64,000 bases of DNA. Origin: Ramazzottius varieornatus (Eukaryota > Animalia > Tardigrada). Where the stretch lies: positions 4,585,092 through 4,649,091 of the forward strand of contig BDGG01000003.1 in assembly GCA_001949185.1 (NCBI GenBank), in the 5' to 3' direction. Under the pieces are notes generated by a model that saw only the letters and a list, made by a program, of their open reading frames with translations, was not told where the DNA came from and searched no databases. Every line of letters starts with the position of its first letter. Within the stretch, counting starts at the first letter, position 1. This document shows positions 14,478 to 40,588 of the stretch, piece after piece. The position numbers and the translations under genes were made by a program.

Positions 14478-16794
14478 CTAGGCGTACAAATCTCTCAACG
14501 GAGTATTGAGATTCCGAATCAAGTCACAAACTTCCGCGTTGTCCTGTCGGGCAAAGAGAAGAATACCGTTCTCCATCCGCGTCGGTGCTACAACGTCGAG
14601 GATCTGTGGCACCATGCGGGGACGAACCCGCCCATCTTGACGTGAAAGAACATCTTGTCCGAAGCGCATTTCGTTGTCCGAATTCTCAATTTCCAGAAGG
14701 TAGACAACTTGACCTAAGAACGGAAGAGAAAACGATACACTAAGCAAAACCGAAAGTTTCGGATATAGGAGTAATCTGCACACGTGACATGTAAATGCAT
14801 ACTAACGCAACACCGTTACTGCATGTGCTTAATGTACCTAGGTTCATGATACTTTCACTCTCTCACCTAGAACGTTCAGTCCGTCGTCGAGGTGTCTCAA
14901 TACCGACAGGTGTCCAGCTTCTCTCCTTCTTAGCCTAGAATCTTCGTGATTTAGTCCGTAAAGAAGGTTATCGGGTGAGATGAGCTGGGTTTTCGGGGTA
15001 TCCAGCCACTGCAACAGCTGCATCGCCGTGACGTCACACAGTGGCGCCAGCAGCCGCGTTCTTCCTTCATTCGGCAAAACCGAGCTTACAACCCGATACT
15101 GCCACGTACTGTCTCCTTCCACCCCCAAGGACCTCGACTGTTCCCCACTCAGCCATTGAAAGTTCAGACACAAGACAGGTATCACAGATTTCCTAATCCA
15201 GACGGAGAGGAAGCGCTGAAGGTCCACATCAGGCAGTGGACTAGTGGAGAAGAAGCGACCGTAGATCGCTGCATCGGACAGTTCGCTAATGTTTTGTATG
15301 AGTTCCCGAGGAGTTTGTCCGCCGACCACACGAGCTAGCGCATAGTCTGCTATATCTGAGATCCAGGGCTCCGGCCGGACAACTGGGAGTGACAGAACTT
15401 TGTCAATGTCGCATGGTATTCGCAATGCTGCGAAGAGCATCACCGTACACTGCAGGTCGGACTTATCACACCAGATTTCCTGTGAGTAAGTCTTTGCTAT
15501 ATCGAGGACTGCCTTCGCATTAGGAACTTCAACAGGCTGACCTGACATCATCCACCTGCAAATGAATAGCCTGCAGTTAGAGCCACTTCGAGTACGAGTA
15601 CAGTACGAGATGAAAGCTATCTGGCACAGCACAGCCCTGCTCGAGGACCTAAGCCCGTGTCAGGGCCGCGCCACAATGCCAGAGCCAGACATGCGTATGA
15701 CGTTACGGCACATTCAGCATTCCCGGCCGCCTGCGACTGTATTTCGGTCGTTTCGTGACGTCATTAAACCGGCGGTCGGAAATGTGGAACACAATGCAGT
15801 CCCCTCCGAAGTTTCGAGCTTTCTTAGCTTTTTCTGCCCTGTCTTACCATAGGTTGGCGTCGCTAGTCTTTTGCAGATCTTCTCGAGTTTCCTCTGCATG
15901 TTCTTTCGTGTCAGAGCTGGAGGGCGAATTCTCTCCGGAAACACGCTCTACAGTTCCGTTGTGCGATTCCTCTAGCAGGCTGTCTCGCCGATCGCCGCTG
16001 GAAAATCCCGACGAAACGGAACACGACGTTGAGCAGGCCTCGTGGACTTCCAAATCGTGCGGTGAAATGATCCGCCTATGCTGAGTGTCCAACGACAGAG
16101 CGATGTCTAAGGGAAGAGGAGGGTAAGGTGGACCATAACCACTTGGATATCCAAAGCCCAAGGCCGCAAGGGCTTCGGGATCCTGTAGTATTTCTGGAGT
16201 CAGCAAGTCGTTCCTTGTCTTCTTTGGGAAGATAGGAGAGGTAGTGAAAGCTATCAGGCTTCTAGGCCGACGACACTTGGGTGTGAGCTCGTTTGACCAA
16301 GCATTCTTGTCTTCGAAATTGTTCTCGATTCGGACAGGAGAGTTCTTAAGACCTTCTTCCATCTTCACTTCCGAGTTTGCTTCATTTCCTTGCTTGTTTT
16401 CGAACTCGGCACTCGTCTTTTCGGTCGAACAAGGGTGTATGGGTATCGTCGGCAGGATTTCGCTAACGAAACCACTCGATTGGTGATCGTCTGCTAGAAG
16501 ACAGCCAATTTCCATCTCATGTTGTTTCGTCTGCATTTCAGGCGGGATATTAGGCATTGATTTGTTGATTGCAGGTAATTCAGCTGTCGCCGATCCGCAC
16601 GGGGCTACCATCAGATCGGGACGTCGGATCGATTCGGGAATCGTTATGGCCTGCTGGTGAACGTTTCCTGATAAATGCGGCACTAACGAGGTGTCTTCCT
16701 GCAGAGTCCGAGAAGCTTTGACGATCGACTTCCGGCGCTTACGCGGTATACAGCAAAGCCACTTCAGACCAGGCATTTCCGCAAGGCATCTCAC
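14478..16794 (-). CDS. Uncharacterised multi-exon protein
   Basis: ORFs 15844-16794, 14844-15557 and 14478-14712; the first two can be joined in frame through GT-AG introns via a short exon (WRPGMLNVP). No family recognised. Confidence 0.5.
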
Positions 16795-17266
16795 ATTGAC
16801 TCGCTACACGACCTACGGCAAGATTATACGATCTTTCCACTACCAACCCTCCGTTCACTTGATCCAGAAAAGCCTGGGCACTATGCAGAAACAACTTCAC
16901 CAGAAGAATCCAAAAGAGTCCAACAGACAAGAGAAATATATAAGTGATAAAGCAGTCGATGTAAAATTCAAAACAATTAAGGGTTTGCACCGGGCTGCTT
17001 GCCGAAATTCCAACTTGCCTTAAGCTTAGCAGGTTTTATCGCAATGTTTGCAACCTAAAACTTGTTTGGTGAATCAAGCTTTGTTCTTAATTAATGCGTT
17101 AACTACGTTTCTTCCGCAAGTCTTCCCTCTCTATCGTGGATCTTGGGAAGCTTGTGTGGCATCTCTACGGTTCACTTATCTGGCGTACGTCTGGAGCTCG
17201 AGTTGCGGAGTCGTTTGTTCGGAGTGGTGATAATTAGAAACGCGAAGAAGCTAATTAGCAAGGGGG

Positions 17267-20200
17267 ATGGATTCATTCGTATCCGCTCGCTCCGATTTCT
17301 CCTCTTTCTACAGCGCGGCTTCGCATCACGCAGTTTCCGCTGAAGACCTGCACCTGGTCTTGGAAAGCGACGCGTGGAGAAGCTTGTTCCAGGGAAGCAG
17401 CAGACGTCCAACTGCCCACTCTTCGCCAGCCAGTCATGGTCGCAGATGCAGTACGTCTTCCGTCTGCCAAAATCTGCTGGATGTCCGCAAAACACGAGTG
17501 TTCTTCTGGTGCGAAGATCAAAACGCAGTCATCACTGTGGACGTCCAAGAGGCTGAACTTCAACGTACCACCGTATGCTCCACATTTTCGTTCTGTCGAA
17601 GAATCCGTTATGTCAGTGTTATTTTACATTGATAGGCTTTGGAATGCGATTTCAGTCCTCTCTTTGAAGTCAACAGCATCGTCGTGAGCCCTGGTGGAGC
17701 TTCTGTCTTGCTGGTCGGACAGCGGGGTCTCAGCGTGTTGGATGTTGGACCGGAGGAGAACATTCCCGAAGCTGGACGAAAAATTGCGAGGTAAGAATCT
17801 TCTTTAGTTTTCCTGTTTGAAATTTTGAACCGGGTCGTTTGTCCCAAATGGCGCACATTTTCAGCCATTAATAATGAAAAGGTGCGCCACTTGCAATGAC
17901 GATCTGGTTCAGTTCATACTCTCCCTGTCTGCCGGCTGTTATGTGTCTTTTTCTTCGAGGTGCATCGCGATCTCCGAGAGATTCTTCCTCAATAACCCCA
18001 AGATAACCGTCGTTCAATGCGAATGGTTTCCTTCTCGTGAAACTCACCTTGCAGTCCTTACATCAGACAGCTGCCTGCGCTTCTACCGAATATCCAGCCC
18101 ATCCCAACCTGATCTCGTGGTGAACCTTCACGGCGCGGTCAACAAGCGAAGTCTGCACAACTTCTCAGCTTTTGCCATAGTTCCAACCATAGAGGATAAG
18201 AACGGCGCTTGCCCGGACGGATCAACTGCCACAGTGTACGCGCTAAGAACTGATGGAAATGTGTGGACGTTTGACGTGTCAGCCGGAAACGAAAAGTATG
18301 TGTGTAATGAAAAACGTTCTAACTGGGCATAAAATACACGAATTTTACTTATGTTCAGGATCATCGGCAGCTCTCTTACCGGTCCTCTCCTCGCCAACGC
18401 ACCCTTCACTTCCGACATGTCACAAGTCGCCACGTCTATCGTGTGTGTCCAGTCCGTAGTTCCTGTGATATTGATCGCCAGTAACAAGCACCAGATTCTG
18501 CATGGCATCCTCCTCGACAAAGACGAAGCCGACGTATGTCGTGTCCAAACTCTTGTGTTTTCGGTTCTCTGCTAACAAAATTCTAGCGAGAATTTGGCAA
18601 CTGTTTCAGATGGAGAACGAAAGTCGTGGTTTGGGTGTGTTAACTGCCAAGCAGGAACTTCTCTTTATCGAACGACTAGAATTAACGACCAGCTCGCGAT
18701 CTCAACAGACCAGAATGCCGGTTTCCGCGAAACTCCTCCACTGTAAGCTTGCGTCATTTTCTCTTTCCGATTTCTGTAGTAATGTATGCTGATTTTCATT
18801 TCCGGTGGCTTGCAGGCAAAACAATCCCGGCATGTTATGCCTACGCTACGGAACGGCAGATCATCGGAGTGGCCATACCTTGGTTAGATGATCTGAGCTT
18901 GCTAGGTAGGTCACTACTAAGAACCTCGTGATGCAGTATTTCGAAAACAAATGATAGTTCACATTACGGTCGTAATTTAGCAGTACGGCAAACAAACTCG
19001 ACAAGATCGTTTTCGCAAGTGGCGCACGTCTCCGGTGTTTTTGCCTGGAGGTGTGCGCCACTTAGGAAAACGATCTTGTCGATTTTGCTTGTTGAAAATG
19101 CCACTTTCCAGCGCTGGGTTTTCTTACAGTGAAGGATGAGATCGATATGGTATCCTTGCGGCAGTCCGTTGTTCGGACTGTGGCCAGTCTGGATCCTTCT
19201 GCTGAAGCGTAAGCGACTTCTGTTGACCGTTGATAGTGTTTTGCGAAATATTCTTAACTTACTCGTGTCCTCGTTAGAGACGAAGTGGCTTTGATTACCC
19301 AACGTATGGTTCCAAGTGATTCGCAGAGCTGCTTGATACTTTCGATAGCGACGAATGGCCAAGTCACCATCCATAATCTACGGTACGTCCATGTTGTGAA
19401 ATCTCGTGCCCACACAAGAACAAATCAACAAACGGTTTCCGTTTTGCAGCTCAGTCGCCTCTTCAAACCAAAGACAGGAATTTCTCCTGGATCCGAGTAT
19501 GATTCTTCCGCAGTTCACAGACAGTCAGGAGTTCGCACGTCGCGTCAAACCTTCGAATGAGGTTCCCTTTGACGAGTTTATAGAGAATATTCTGCGGCGT
19601 GATAAGAGCTTCCCTTCGTTCATGTAAGAACCAGTTTTCGGCAAACTTGCCCAGGTTCGCTATGGATATTTCTGTTCTACAGGTACAGCAACTCTGACCA
19701 CTTGTCCTCCGAGGAACTTCAGGATGTTGTCGCACAGGGTATGGATGTCTTCAGAGAGCAGTATTACGATCGACAACGCACTGCTTTGGAAGAACTCAAT
19801 ATCAGGTAACAATACCGCTTCGACTCTTTCGGCGTAGTATCTGCTCAGATCCTTCTGTCCTTGTATACTCTTATCCTTCATTTCTGACGAATAGACATTC
19901 AAGGAATGAAGCTCGGAAGAAGCAGTTGCTGAAACTGCTGGACGATATGGAGAACCGAGCCGAGGATACCAACAGGCAGTTCGCTAATTACATGGACCAT
20001 GCTGACTATCTCGAGAACGAGGCTGTCGAACTCCAAGCTCGGTTTGTCCACCAATAAAGTTATTGGATCAAATCAGAACAGGCGATCTATTGATGCGGTA
20101 TCAACAAATAGTGTGTAATCCGGCATGGGAGCTCAACAAATGAGATCGAGTATACTGTTTTTCCCAAGTGGCGCACGTTCCAAGTGTTAATGGCTGTAGG

Positions 20201-20798
20201 TGTGCGCTACTTTGAAAAATGATCTCGTCCAAATCATTTGCCGGGGTTCCGATTATCCAAGTTACTTTCGCATGTTGGACTGATGAGGATTTCCGGTGTT
20301 GGGTAAAACCAGAAAACACCTTTTTGCTCTGCAGAATAAGCTCACTTCAGGCTGAGTTTTCACGAGCCAACCCTGTCGTGACCGATGCCGAGAAGCAGCT
20401 CATGGAGAAACTGCAAAGCCTCGAGTCGAGAATGGAGTCTGTGGAGGAGCTGTTGCTGAATGTAAGTAGCACATCTTGATTCTTCTACCTTGAACCAACT
20501 TTTATCTAGTGATGACTGCCTCTAAATTGGCTGTGATCGTTGCAGGTCCACGAAAAACTATCCTACAGGGAACGCCGAATCCAGGAAGGGGGTGAAGTTC
20601 CCCTTTCCGTACTTCTCGCCCAGGAGGAGGGCGATTCTTCCCATAGAAGTCGGACAAACGAAGAGTAGGAGCCCAATTAATTTCCATTAATACAATATCA
20701 CACCGTTCGTTCTCGCAACTGGTCCGTTTGGCAGGTTGTCACGCATCCGCTCTCTGCAAGAGCGCATAAAAGAACTTACGTCAAAGCTGAATGGGTGA
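17267..20798 (+). CDS. NUP88: Nucleoporin Nup88-like
   Basis: Beta-propeller segments (PLFEVNSIVVSPGGASVLLVGQRG; ISERFF..VVQCEWFP..HLAVLTSDSCLRFY), PFDEFIENILRR, VFREQY, coiled-coil tail with PVVTDAEK. Confidence 0.8.
18987..19091. repeat. Palindromic MITE-like element, family A (representative monomer; ~35 loci in the window)
   Basis: caaacaaactcgacaagatcgttttcgcaagtggcgcac-N25-gtgcgccacttaggaaaacgatcttgtcgattttg. Confidence 0.9.
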
Positions 20799-21960
20799 GT
20801 GTCCCCAAGCTTTAGTTTCATCTCACTGACTGGTCCAAGTTTTATTTCATTTTTTACCCAAACCAAACGTTCTTTTTCCCATAAATGTCTTACGGGATCA
20901 AACTGTACATTATCGGACAGGGAGAAAACTTCTGCGCATATATTTTTCCATTAATTTTTAGAAGATGTTTTCTGATAGTGAGTTTTCGAATCCTTTTGGT
21001 AAATCATATCGGGAAGTTTTCACAAATTCCCGAAAGATCTTGGCGTGAGGTCTCGGCAGTTCTACTGTAGTTAGATGAATGGTTACAACCGTCAGCGAGT
21101 CTTTCAGCAGTTTGGAGTGGTTCTCCTGATTGAGCATAATATTAGTCGTCATCATCGTCTCGCCGTTACTACACATGTAGTTGAGGCTCACTTCAAGCTC
21201 TGGCGGATGTGCGTATAGAAAAGTGTAAATTTCTGCTCAGGGTTGCTTGAAAAGTTGAAATATGGAGAGCTAGCATATTATGTCATAAAGAAGTCAAGTG
21301 ACTTTTCGACTTAGAATAACAAGGAACCAATTCACTGTCCTAGCATCCACCAAGCAGCATTGTTGGTCTCCCACGGCCATGAGTGGAGAAAATCAACAGC
21401 GGCGTCGAAAAGGTGTAGGCCGGCCTGGTACAGAGGTCGTCCTTTCCGCCGAAAGTTGAAATGCTGACTTCACTTTCCAGTTTCCACTAGAGACTTTAAC
21501 TTGGCCACTTCGGCAGCTGGACGAGCCTTGATGGAGAAAGTTCTGATAAGATGGTCTACGGTGATATGTTCAAATCCTTTCTGATCCTAAACTATCAAAG
21601 GGATGGACTATCTTGAAAGACCAGTGGTCAATGCGTAATGACTCGTCGACGCGCCTTTTGTTGGTACCACTTTCTCTCTCTGTGTTTCCTTGTTCAGAGC
21701 CCAAACGAGCCGCTTTTCTCTGCCTAGTTGTCTTTCTTGTTTCAAAATCTTGATTAGATTTCTGCGTCGACTTCCGACCAAAAGTGTGGTCGTTGAAACT
21801 TCTCGTCGTGGGTCGTTGTTTTTCCGTCCGAACTTGCGCATGTTCTCGTAAATTGACCACAATTAACCATTGATGCCAATATCACCGGAAATTCTCGGAG
21901 TATAAACCGGACATATAAGAGTGTTTCTCTCCATAACAAAAAGGCATTGGAACGGAAGGA

Positions 21961-30704
<8,744 letters not shown>

Positions 30705-31177
30705 AATACTACTCTGGTTCCATATTTTGTTAAGTTTTCTCTGTACAATGGCCAGAATGAAATTCACCGTCGAAAAATAGGTGCAGTCATTGTCCTTTCG
30801 TCACTTTCGTGAAGGGGGAACCAGAGAGAAAGATCGGTTGGACAGCGGCGGGATCCTGCCTTCTCTGCCTAACCGGTATTGTGGCTGTTATGTTAGTATG
30901 TCTAACCACGTTCCTTCTGTTCGCATGCTGTATATCATGTCATGTCAGGTTAAGGAAAAACTTGATTGACTGAAAGCGTTTCCTTTGAATAAGCTTCTCG
31001 TTTCCGTCGTTTAGAAACTTTGGACTTCGTTTCGGGATAAACGGTCTGAAATTTTGATAAGCAGCATATGCGACCAAGATGTCTCTGACATAACGACCCT
31101 GGCTTTGGTACACGCATGCGGGACGTTCTTTTATGCTCTTCCGCTCCCTCATACGGGCGGTGTAGCTCTCGACCGCG

Positions 31178-33877
31178 ATGCTCTTGTCAAAGTTTCGATG
31201 TCTCCACGAAATCGGAAGTGTGGCACTTTTCGGTGTCCTTATCCGATGGATCATTTCCACCAACCCATATTCAGGTGCGTACTCTTCCCACACTCGACTC
31301 GTCTACTTATCCGTTGCTTTTACGTTACCGTTTTTAGGCAAAGGGAAACCACCGATGTTCGGAGACTTTGAAGCACAGAGGCATTGGATGGAAATCACTT
31401 ATAACCTACCCGTCTCCGAATGGTACCAGTTTGTCATCCCAAGTCACGCACGCTTGCAATCAAAAACGCTGAGAACGTGCGCCACTGGTGAAAACGATTT
31501 GGTCGAGTTTGTTTGCCGAGTTCCCTTACCATCCCAGTGTTGCATGCATTACAGGACTATGGACATAACAATGGTTCTTCTGTTCTCTCTAGGTATCACA
31601 ACAGCACGGCTAACGATCTTTCTTACTGGGGACTGGATTATCCACCGTTGACAGCGTATCATAGTTGGATATGTGGCTTCATGTATTAAGAGTGTTCTAC
31701 CTTTTCTTCTACTCCAAGCTGCATGATTGAGTCATCAGCTTCCTGTTTTTCTTCAGAGCAAACAGGATAAACTCTTCATGGATAGCGCTGTCGGAGTCCC
31801 GGGGAATCGAGACTGAAAGCCATAAAGTATTCATGCGAGCAACGGGTAAGATTTTTGGCAACTTTACCGGCTTGATAGGCGTCAAATTTCCAGTGCTAAA
31901 AATACTTCTTCGTCGTAGCAATTATCGCGGATCTCTTAGTTTACATCCTGCCAATCTGCGCGCTTGGTTATCAGCGGCGAACACACCACGGCGGCTTCCC
32001 GTACATCATCCGGATCTGCGCGGAGATATGTGTTCTTCTACTCGCGCCACCTCAAATACTGATCGATCACGGTCATTTTCAGTTCGTGGGTTATAGTTAG
32101 TTGTTAATTACGTTGAGCTGCAATCAGCTTCTATGAAAGATTGTCTTGTCAAAGGCTAACGTGGTTCTTCTCCTTGCAGATACAACTGCGTTAGTCTGGG
32201 CTTGACTGCGTGGGCGATCTTGTTCGTCAATGACGAGAAGGATGTGACGGCGGCTGTCTTGTTTTCCTTGGCACTCAACTACAAGCACATGTCGTTGTAC
32301 CTCGCCTTGCCGTTCTTTTTCTACCTCTTGGGGAGATGTCACCAAGCTGGAAGGAAAGCAGGGTAAGAACATTCTGTAATAACTTATCCTCTTTTTCGCG
32401 TCCAACAAACGAAATTTGCCTGTTTGTCACGTACCTGCATGCATTGCGGTGGGTGTTTTGTGTGTTGTGTTAGTATGCACGTCCGTGCCGTTGAGCCCTG
32501 TCCGTGTGGGACCGGAAGTTGGAACGAATTTTCGTTCTGCAGCTTTTCTTTCTTCCATTACTTTGCTTCCAAGAGTCGACTGTTCATTTAGAAGTAAACC
32601 TTCTTGTCTTGTGTTTCAGGTCAACGAAGTTGGTGAAGATAGGAGCGGCCGTGATAGGTACCTTCATCCTCTGTTGGTGGCCGTACCTGTGGAACTTCGA
32701 CGATGCCACGCAAGTCGTCCGAAGACTGTTCCCCTTCTCCAGAGGAATCTTCGAAGATAAGGTGGCCAATGTCTGGTGTGCCCTGAACATCATCGTGAAG
32801 CTTCATCGGTTCAACACTGGGGTTCTAGCAGCTGTCAGGTACTGACATGAGCAATCTCCGTCGCTCGCGGAGCTTCTTGTGTTGCCTTCAGAACATGCTC
32901 GCTTGTTTTACAGTACTTTGGCTACGTTATTTGGGAATGTCTTCTCGTCGCTCGATCTCTTTCGAAACCCGAACGACCATAAATTCAGATATGCACTGGT
33001 AAGTTTCTTTTCGAACTGTATCGTGGTAGGTATTCCTGTATGAAACCAAACCGGAAGTGAGATGGTGTTTCAGGTGAACTCGGCGCTCGCTTTCTTCTTA
33101 TTTTCTTTCCAAGTCCACGAGAAGGGAATCCTCTTGCCAGTACTGTAAGTCTGGCGTCGAACCGCAATGCTGTCGTGTTTCGTCGAGACAGCCATGCTGA
33201 AACGAACCGTGTTTTGTGTAGGCCGGCGACGCTGCTGTTGACGGACGATCCAATCGCCGCGACATGGTTCATCATAGCAGCCACCTTCAGCATGTTTCCC
33301 TTGCTGCTGAAAGACGGCCTTGCGTTACCCACCTACGCAATGGTTACACTCTTCTTAACCCTGAGCTGCACCCTCCTCGAATGGAAACTACCTCGATATG
33401 GAGAGCGGGTTTCCAAGCATGGACCTCAGAACGAGGAAGAGGAACAACATCAGTATGACTTCGCGTGCGCATTGGTACGTATCTTTTTTTCCTAGACTAA
33501 TCTGGGAGTTGGGCAAACGAAATCTAGAGGAGTGTGATCCAGAGTGGCGCACGCCTCTAGCCAATGTCAATAAAAATGTGCGCCACTGAGGTGAAAAATT
33601 GTCCGTTTTGTTGGTCAGACTTCCGACTGACGAGCATTGTGGATAAAGTTCTGATTGGGTTTTGTAGATGACGATATCGGTGATGGGATTTGTGATTTTG
33701 TCTTTGGGATGTCAGTTCGCTCCTGTTTACCAGCGGTTACCTGATCTCTGGACGCTGCTGCTCAGCGTGTACTCTTGTGGGCATTTTGTATTATTTTTCA
33801 TTTACTTTCACGTGAAACAATTCGAAGCGCAGCCTATCTTACACAAGCAACGGCGGAAAACGATGAAGGCCGAGTAG
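31178..33877 (+). CDS. ALG6: Dolichyl-P-Glc alpha-1,3-glucosyltransferase
   Basis: [79 protein letters not shown]. Confidence 0.95.
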
Positions 33878-34281
33878 AAGAAAAGTTTATTGTTTCTCCC
33901 TTCCCTGCATTCTTTCCCGCAATTTTCATTGCCATAGTATTATTTATGCACTTTATTCCGCATGCTTCTCAGAACTTTTTTCCCTTCGGAGGTTGTATGA
34001 TACACTGAACTCGAATTTCGCGATCATTGAAAAGCGGCTCTCTAAGAGCATAAATGGAAAGATGGAGAAGAGCATCCGTCGAGAGGCAAGCAAACAAGCT
34101 CGACCAGATCGTTTTCCAAGTTGCGCACAGTATCAGGGATATCCGCTGGCAACGAGCACGTGCACCAATTGGGAAAACGATAGGTCAAGTTTTTTCACCG
34201 AGCTCCCTGGTTTTAAACTGACAAATTGGTAAAGTCATGATTGTGTGTCGGAAATCGGAAAGGAATGTTTCTATAGATTAT

Positions 34282-35182
34282 CTAGTCTTCTTCTCGCTGA
34301 CTGATCGAAACAGCCGCATCACTTCCGCTTCGAAGCGATCGGTCAGCAGGGTTCCCTTCTCATCGAAGAACTCGGCAACCGACTTGGAAATCTCTCGATC
34401 CTTCGAGCCTGCTTTTGGTGGAGCATCAGTCTGCCTGGCCAACGACAGCGTGTAGATGTGATCGTACCTGTGAACAAAGCCACGTTTCAGACGCCTTGCT
34501 TCATAACTGGATAAAACAGACGGTAGACTTACTTCTTCAGTCCGGAGACGACATTCCAGTTGGTCTTTCCATCGTTGAAGACCAAGAAGACGCCCTTTTC
34601 AACCCACCACAGGTAGGCTGTCAAAGCACCGACAGAGACGAAGTAGGAAACTGAACAGAACGCCAACACCCATTTGGATGCGGGGAATGGATGGAGATAG
34701 TCGTAAGCCAGAGCGAAGAGAGAGAAGAGGACGGACACTGTGCTGATGGCCAGTCGTCCGTCCATGACTTTAAAATCCTCAGCAAAGCCTTGCTTCTTCG
34801 TGAAAAACTGAAAAATTTCAAAACTGTCATAGAGCTTTCTTGAATGTCGAATGGAAGAAAGCGGGACAGCCACAGCTGGACTTGGCAAACAAACTCGGCA
34901 GCCGTTTCTGCAGGTGGCGCGCACTGCCAGGCAATGACACTGAAAACATGCGTCACTTGGTAAAACGATCTTATCAAGTTTCACGCACATTTCTGACAGC
35001 ATCGTCCAAAGCATTCTTCACAGCGTTCCCATCCCACTTGTCGATCTTAACCGGCTTTTCGTCTTCTGTACCGTTTTGTGCCACCTGCAAGTGAATAGCC
35101 AAATGAGAACATCCAAACGCATCAACATCACTGCTGGTAGCGTGGCATGGTTTCTCACCTGGTTGTCGTCCTTGTCGGCCAT
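34282..35182 (-). CDS. SPCS2: Signal peptidase complex subunit 2
   Basis: KIDKWDGNAVKNALDDAV, DGRLAIST..FALAYDYLHPFPASKWVLAFCSVSYF..YLWWVEKGVF, KSVAEFFDEKG. Confidence 0.92.
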
Positions 35183-35973
35183 CACGCAGTATCAGTCCGC
35201 TCTCCTGCAGTGCAGCTTAATCCAGACCTTCTATCGCTCTGCTCCAATAGTCCACGAACTCCCAGAATAATGGTGGCCAGCATCGGGAGGATCTGGATGC
35301 AAGAGGGAGATGTATGGGATTGAGAAGAAGTCCGATATGCGAGACTAGGAAGATCAGCTGCAGCCTGCACGTCATAATGCGGTACGGAGCGGTATTCGGT
35401 ACCGCACTGCCTGTAGCATGGATACGTGCTGTTCAGTAGTGATCCGTACGGCTTCTGTATGTCACTGTTTGGGATTTCCACTCGGCCTAGACGTCAGTCA
35501 TGTCACCGCTTGTTTCGCAATGGTAAAGCCTGGGAACCATTGATTGATTGCGCTGGGCGTTCAGATAGATCCCTGCAGGATTCTGCTGATCGATTGATGA
35601 ACCACAATTACCAATTTACCACATCTAGGCTTGTTTACATGACGAGGTCCATTCAGCCATTTTCGCGACATTCGTAATCAGCTTTGTTTGCGTCTTTCTT
35701 CTGGGTTGAGTGAACTGTACACACGTGCACATCATCCACACGACGCGTGATCGAACGTTGCAAGGAGTTTGGTGTTAGATGACCCCATGTGTCGTTCTAG
35801 CTTTTCTTCCAGGATTCGCAGTACCAAGCCAATGTTCGTCGTAGAAACTGCTTGGTGCCCCAAGTACAGCTCAAGTCCTCATCGTCGAAAGCTGTCCTGT
35901 GCAACACCCGGATCGTAGGCGCTTCGATCGTTCTCCAGAAGTTGGACCGGACATTCGGACGTTGCTACGGATC

Positions 35974-38932
<2,959 letters not shown>

Positions 38933-40588
38933 GGTAGTATCGGTCAATTTTCACTGCCACCGGGAAGGATAGTTCGTTACGCTGTGGAACGGTTTTTAAG
39001 TTCTTACTCTGAAACTAAGTTATTCCTTGTGATTGCTCGTTCTGACGATTTCGGATTTTCTGCTTCTGGTTTGTTATCACTAAGATATCCTCCGAAATCC
39101 GAACCTTGCCTCGTCCGTCATTCTGTTCTTCAGATCGGGAATTGAAAACTGACGGACAGTCTTAGACTCAAAGGCTTGAAGGGACTGTAGCGATATAGAC
39201 CGGCTATTGTTCTTGACGCGTCTGCCGTGCGAGTATGGCTTGAATCGGACGAAGTCCGCTTACATACTAATAAGCAGTTCTTTTCCTGCAATTGCAACTC
39301 AGGTCCGGTTGCAAGATCCGCGTGCTTCGTCCGGTAATCAGACTGTTCTTCTGCCGTGTTGCGTCCTAAACTAACTGTGGGAAGCCCGAAGACTCGGGTC
39401 GGCAAGCAAGCCATCAACTTTTCTTGCCGACTTCCCATCCCGGTTCTCCATTCTATACATAATTATCGCTACAACAAGCATTAATTGCTCTTTCCGTTCC
39501 AGGTTATCGTCTGCCTACTTTCGTGCATCGTGACCGAAACCGCACCGCTGAAGCCTGGATCCCTTGTCCTGGTTCCCAAGTCGGAGGACGTTTGTTTTGC
39601 GGCCACAGTTATCGCGCATGGTTCCATACAGAATTTTCAGTGAGCAAGGTACAGGCAGCTTTGCCTACTTTTTAGTCCCGATCTTCGGACTAACTGCAAA
39701 CTTCTCTGTCTTATCTGGTTTGTACATGTGCCTTCCCGTCATTAAATCATTCCTCGCGTGCCCAGGTGGCAATTTGGCCTTTTCACAGGTAGAGACAACA
39801 CTAGAGGAAGAAAATGCTCAGATCAGTATGATCCGAGCAGTCTGGACGATTGCAGTTCGACCGGAAGATCAAACTCCGAGGAAGACGAGAACTATGAGCG
39901 GGATGTCTCTGGACATGTCGTCATGGCATATGACATCACCTTGCGAACAACATACCATAACATTCCACCGGTTGAACAGATTCTGGGCACTGATGTGCTG
40001 CTGAAGCGCGCGTTGCTGGAAGGAAGGACGCCGTAAAATATCCTTGACGCTATACGTCACAGCATAATGCGGGGCGGATTCTAGTCATGACGTAGTCATT
40101 TTGTGCCGTAGTAGATTGCTAATCTCCACCGAAAAGTAAGATCATTCGATCAACCTCCACCGCAGCCTGGGTATGAAAAATAAACAAAACCATACCATGG
40201 TTGATTGACTGCAACTGTTAGCTCGATATTTGAAAAAGCACTTCTACCGGGATTCGATGCCAAAGTTCCCTATCTACGGGACCTGGCTTCGGTAAATTTG
40301 TGGTCTATCATTTCAATTTTGCGCGTTTTGGCTTGCCATGCTCTGACTGACGCGCGCTTCAGCAGCACATCAGTGATTCTGGGAGACTGGTCACTGGAGT
40401 CTCTGTGCAGTATCTTGTGGATGCACGCTCTGCGGTTTGCACATCGCAGGTCAACCCCATCGCTAAGAGCGTCTAAATGCAGTATCGCATCTGGATCAAA
40501 ACGACATCTGTCGTCTTGAGAAGAGATTCCAGCGATTCCAGCGACCTGTTTGTCGGACATCGGACATTTTGATGCTTCCTTTGAAGTC

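Noticed and set aside
20958-21862. Possible small minus-strand gene between NUP88 and ABCC
   Set aside because: Could not build a consistent spliced frame or recognise a domain
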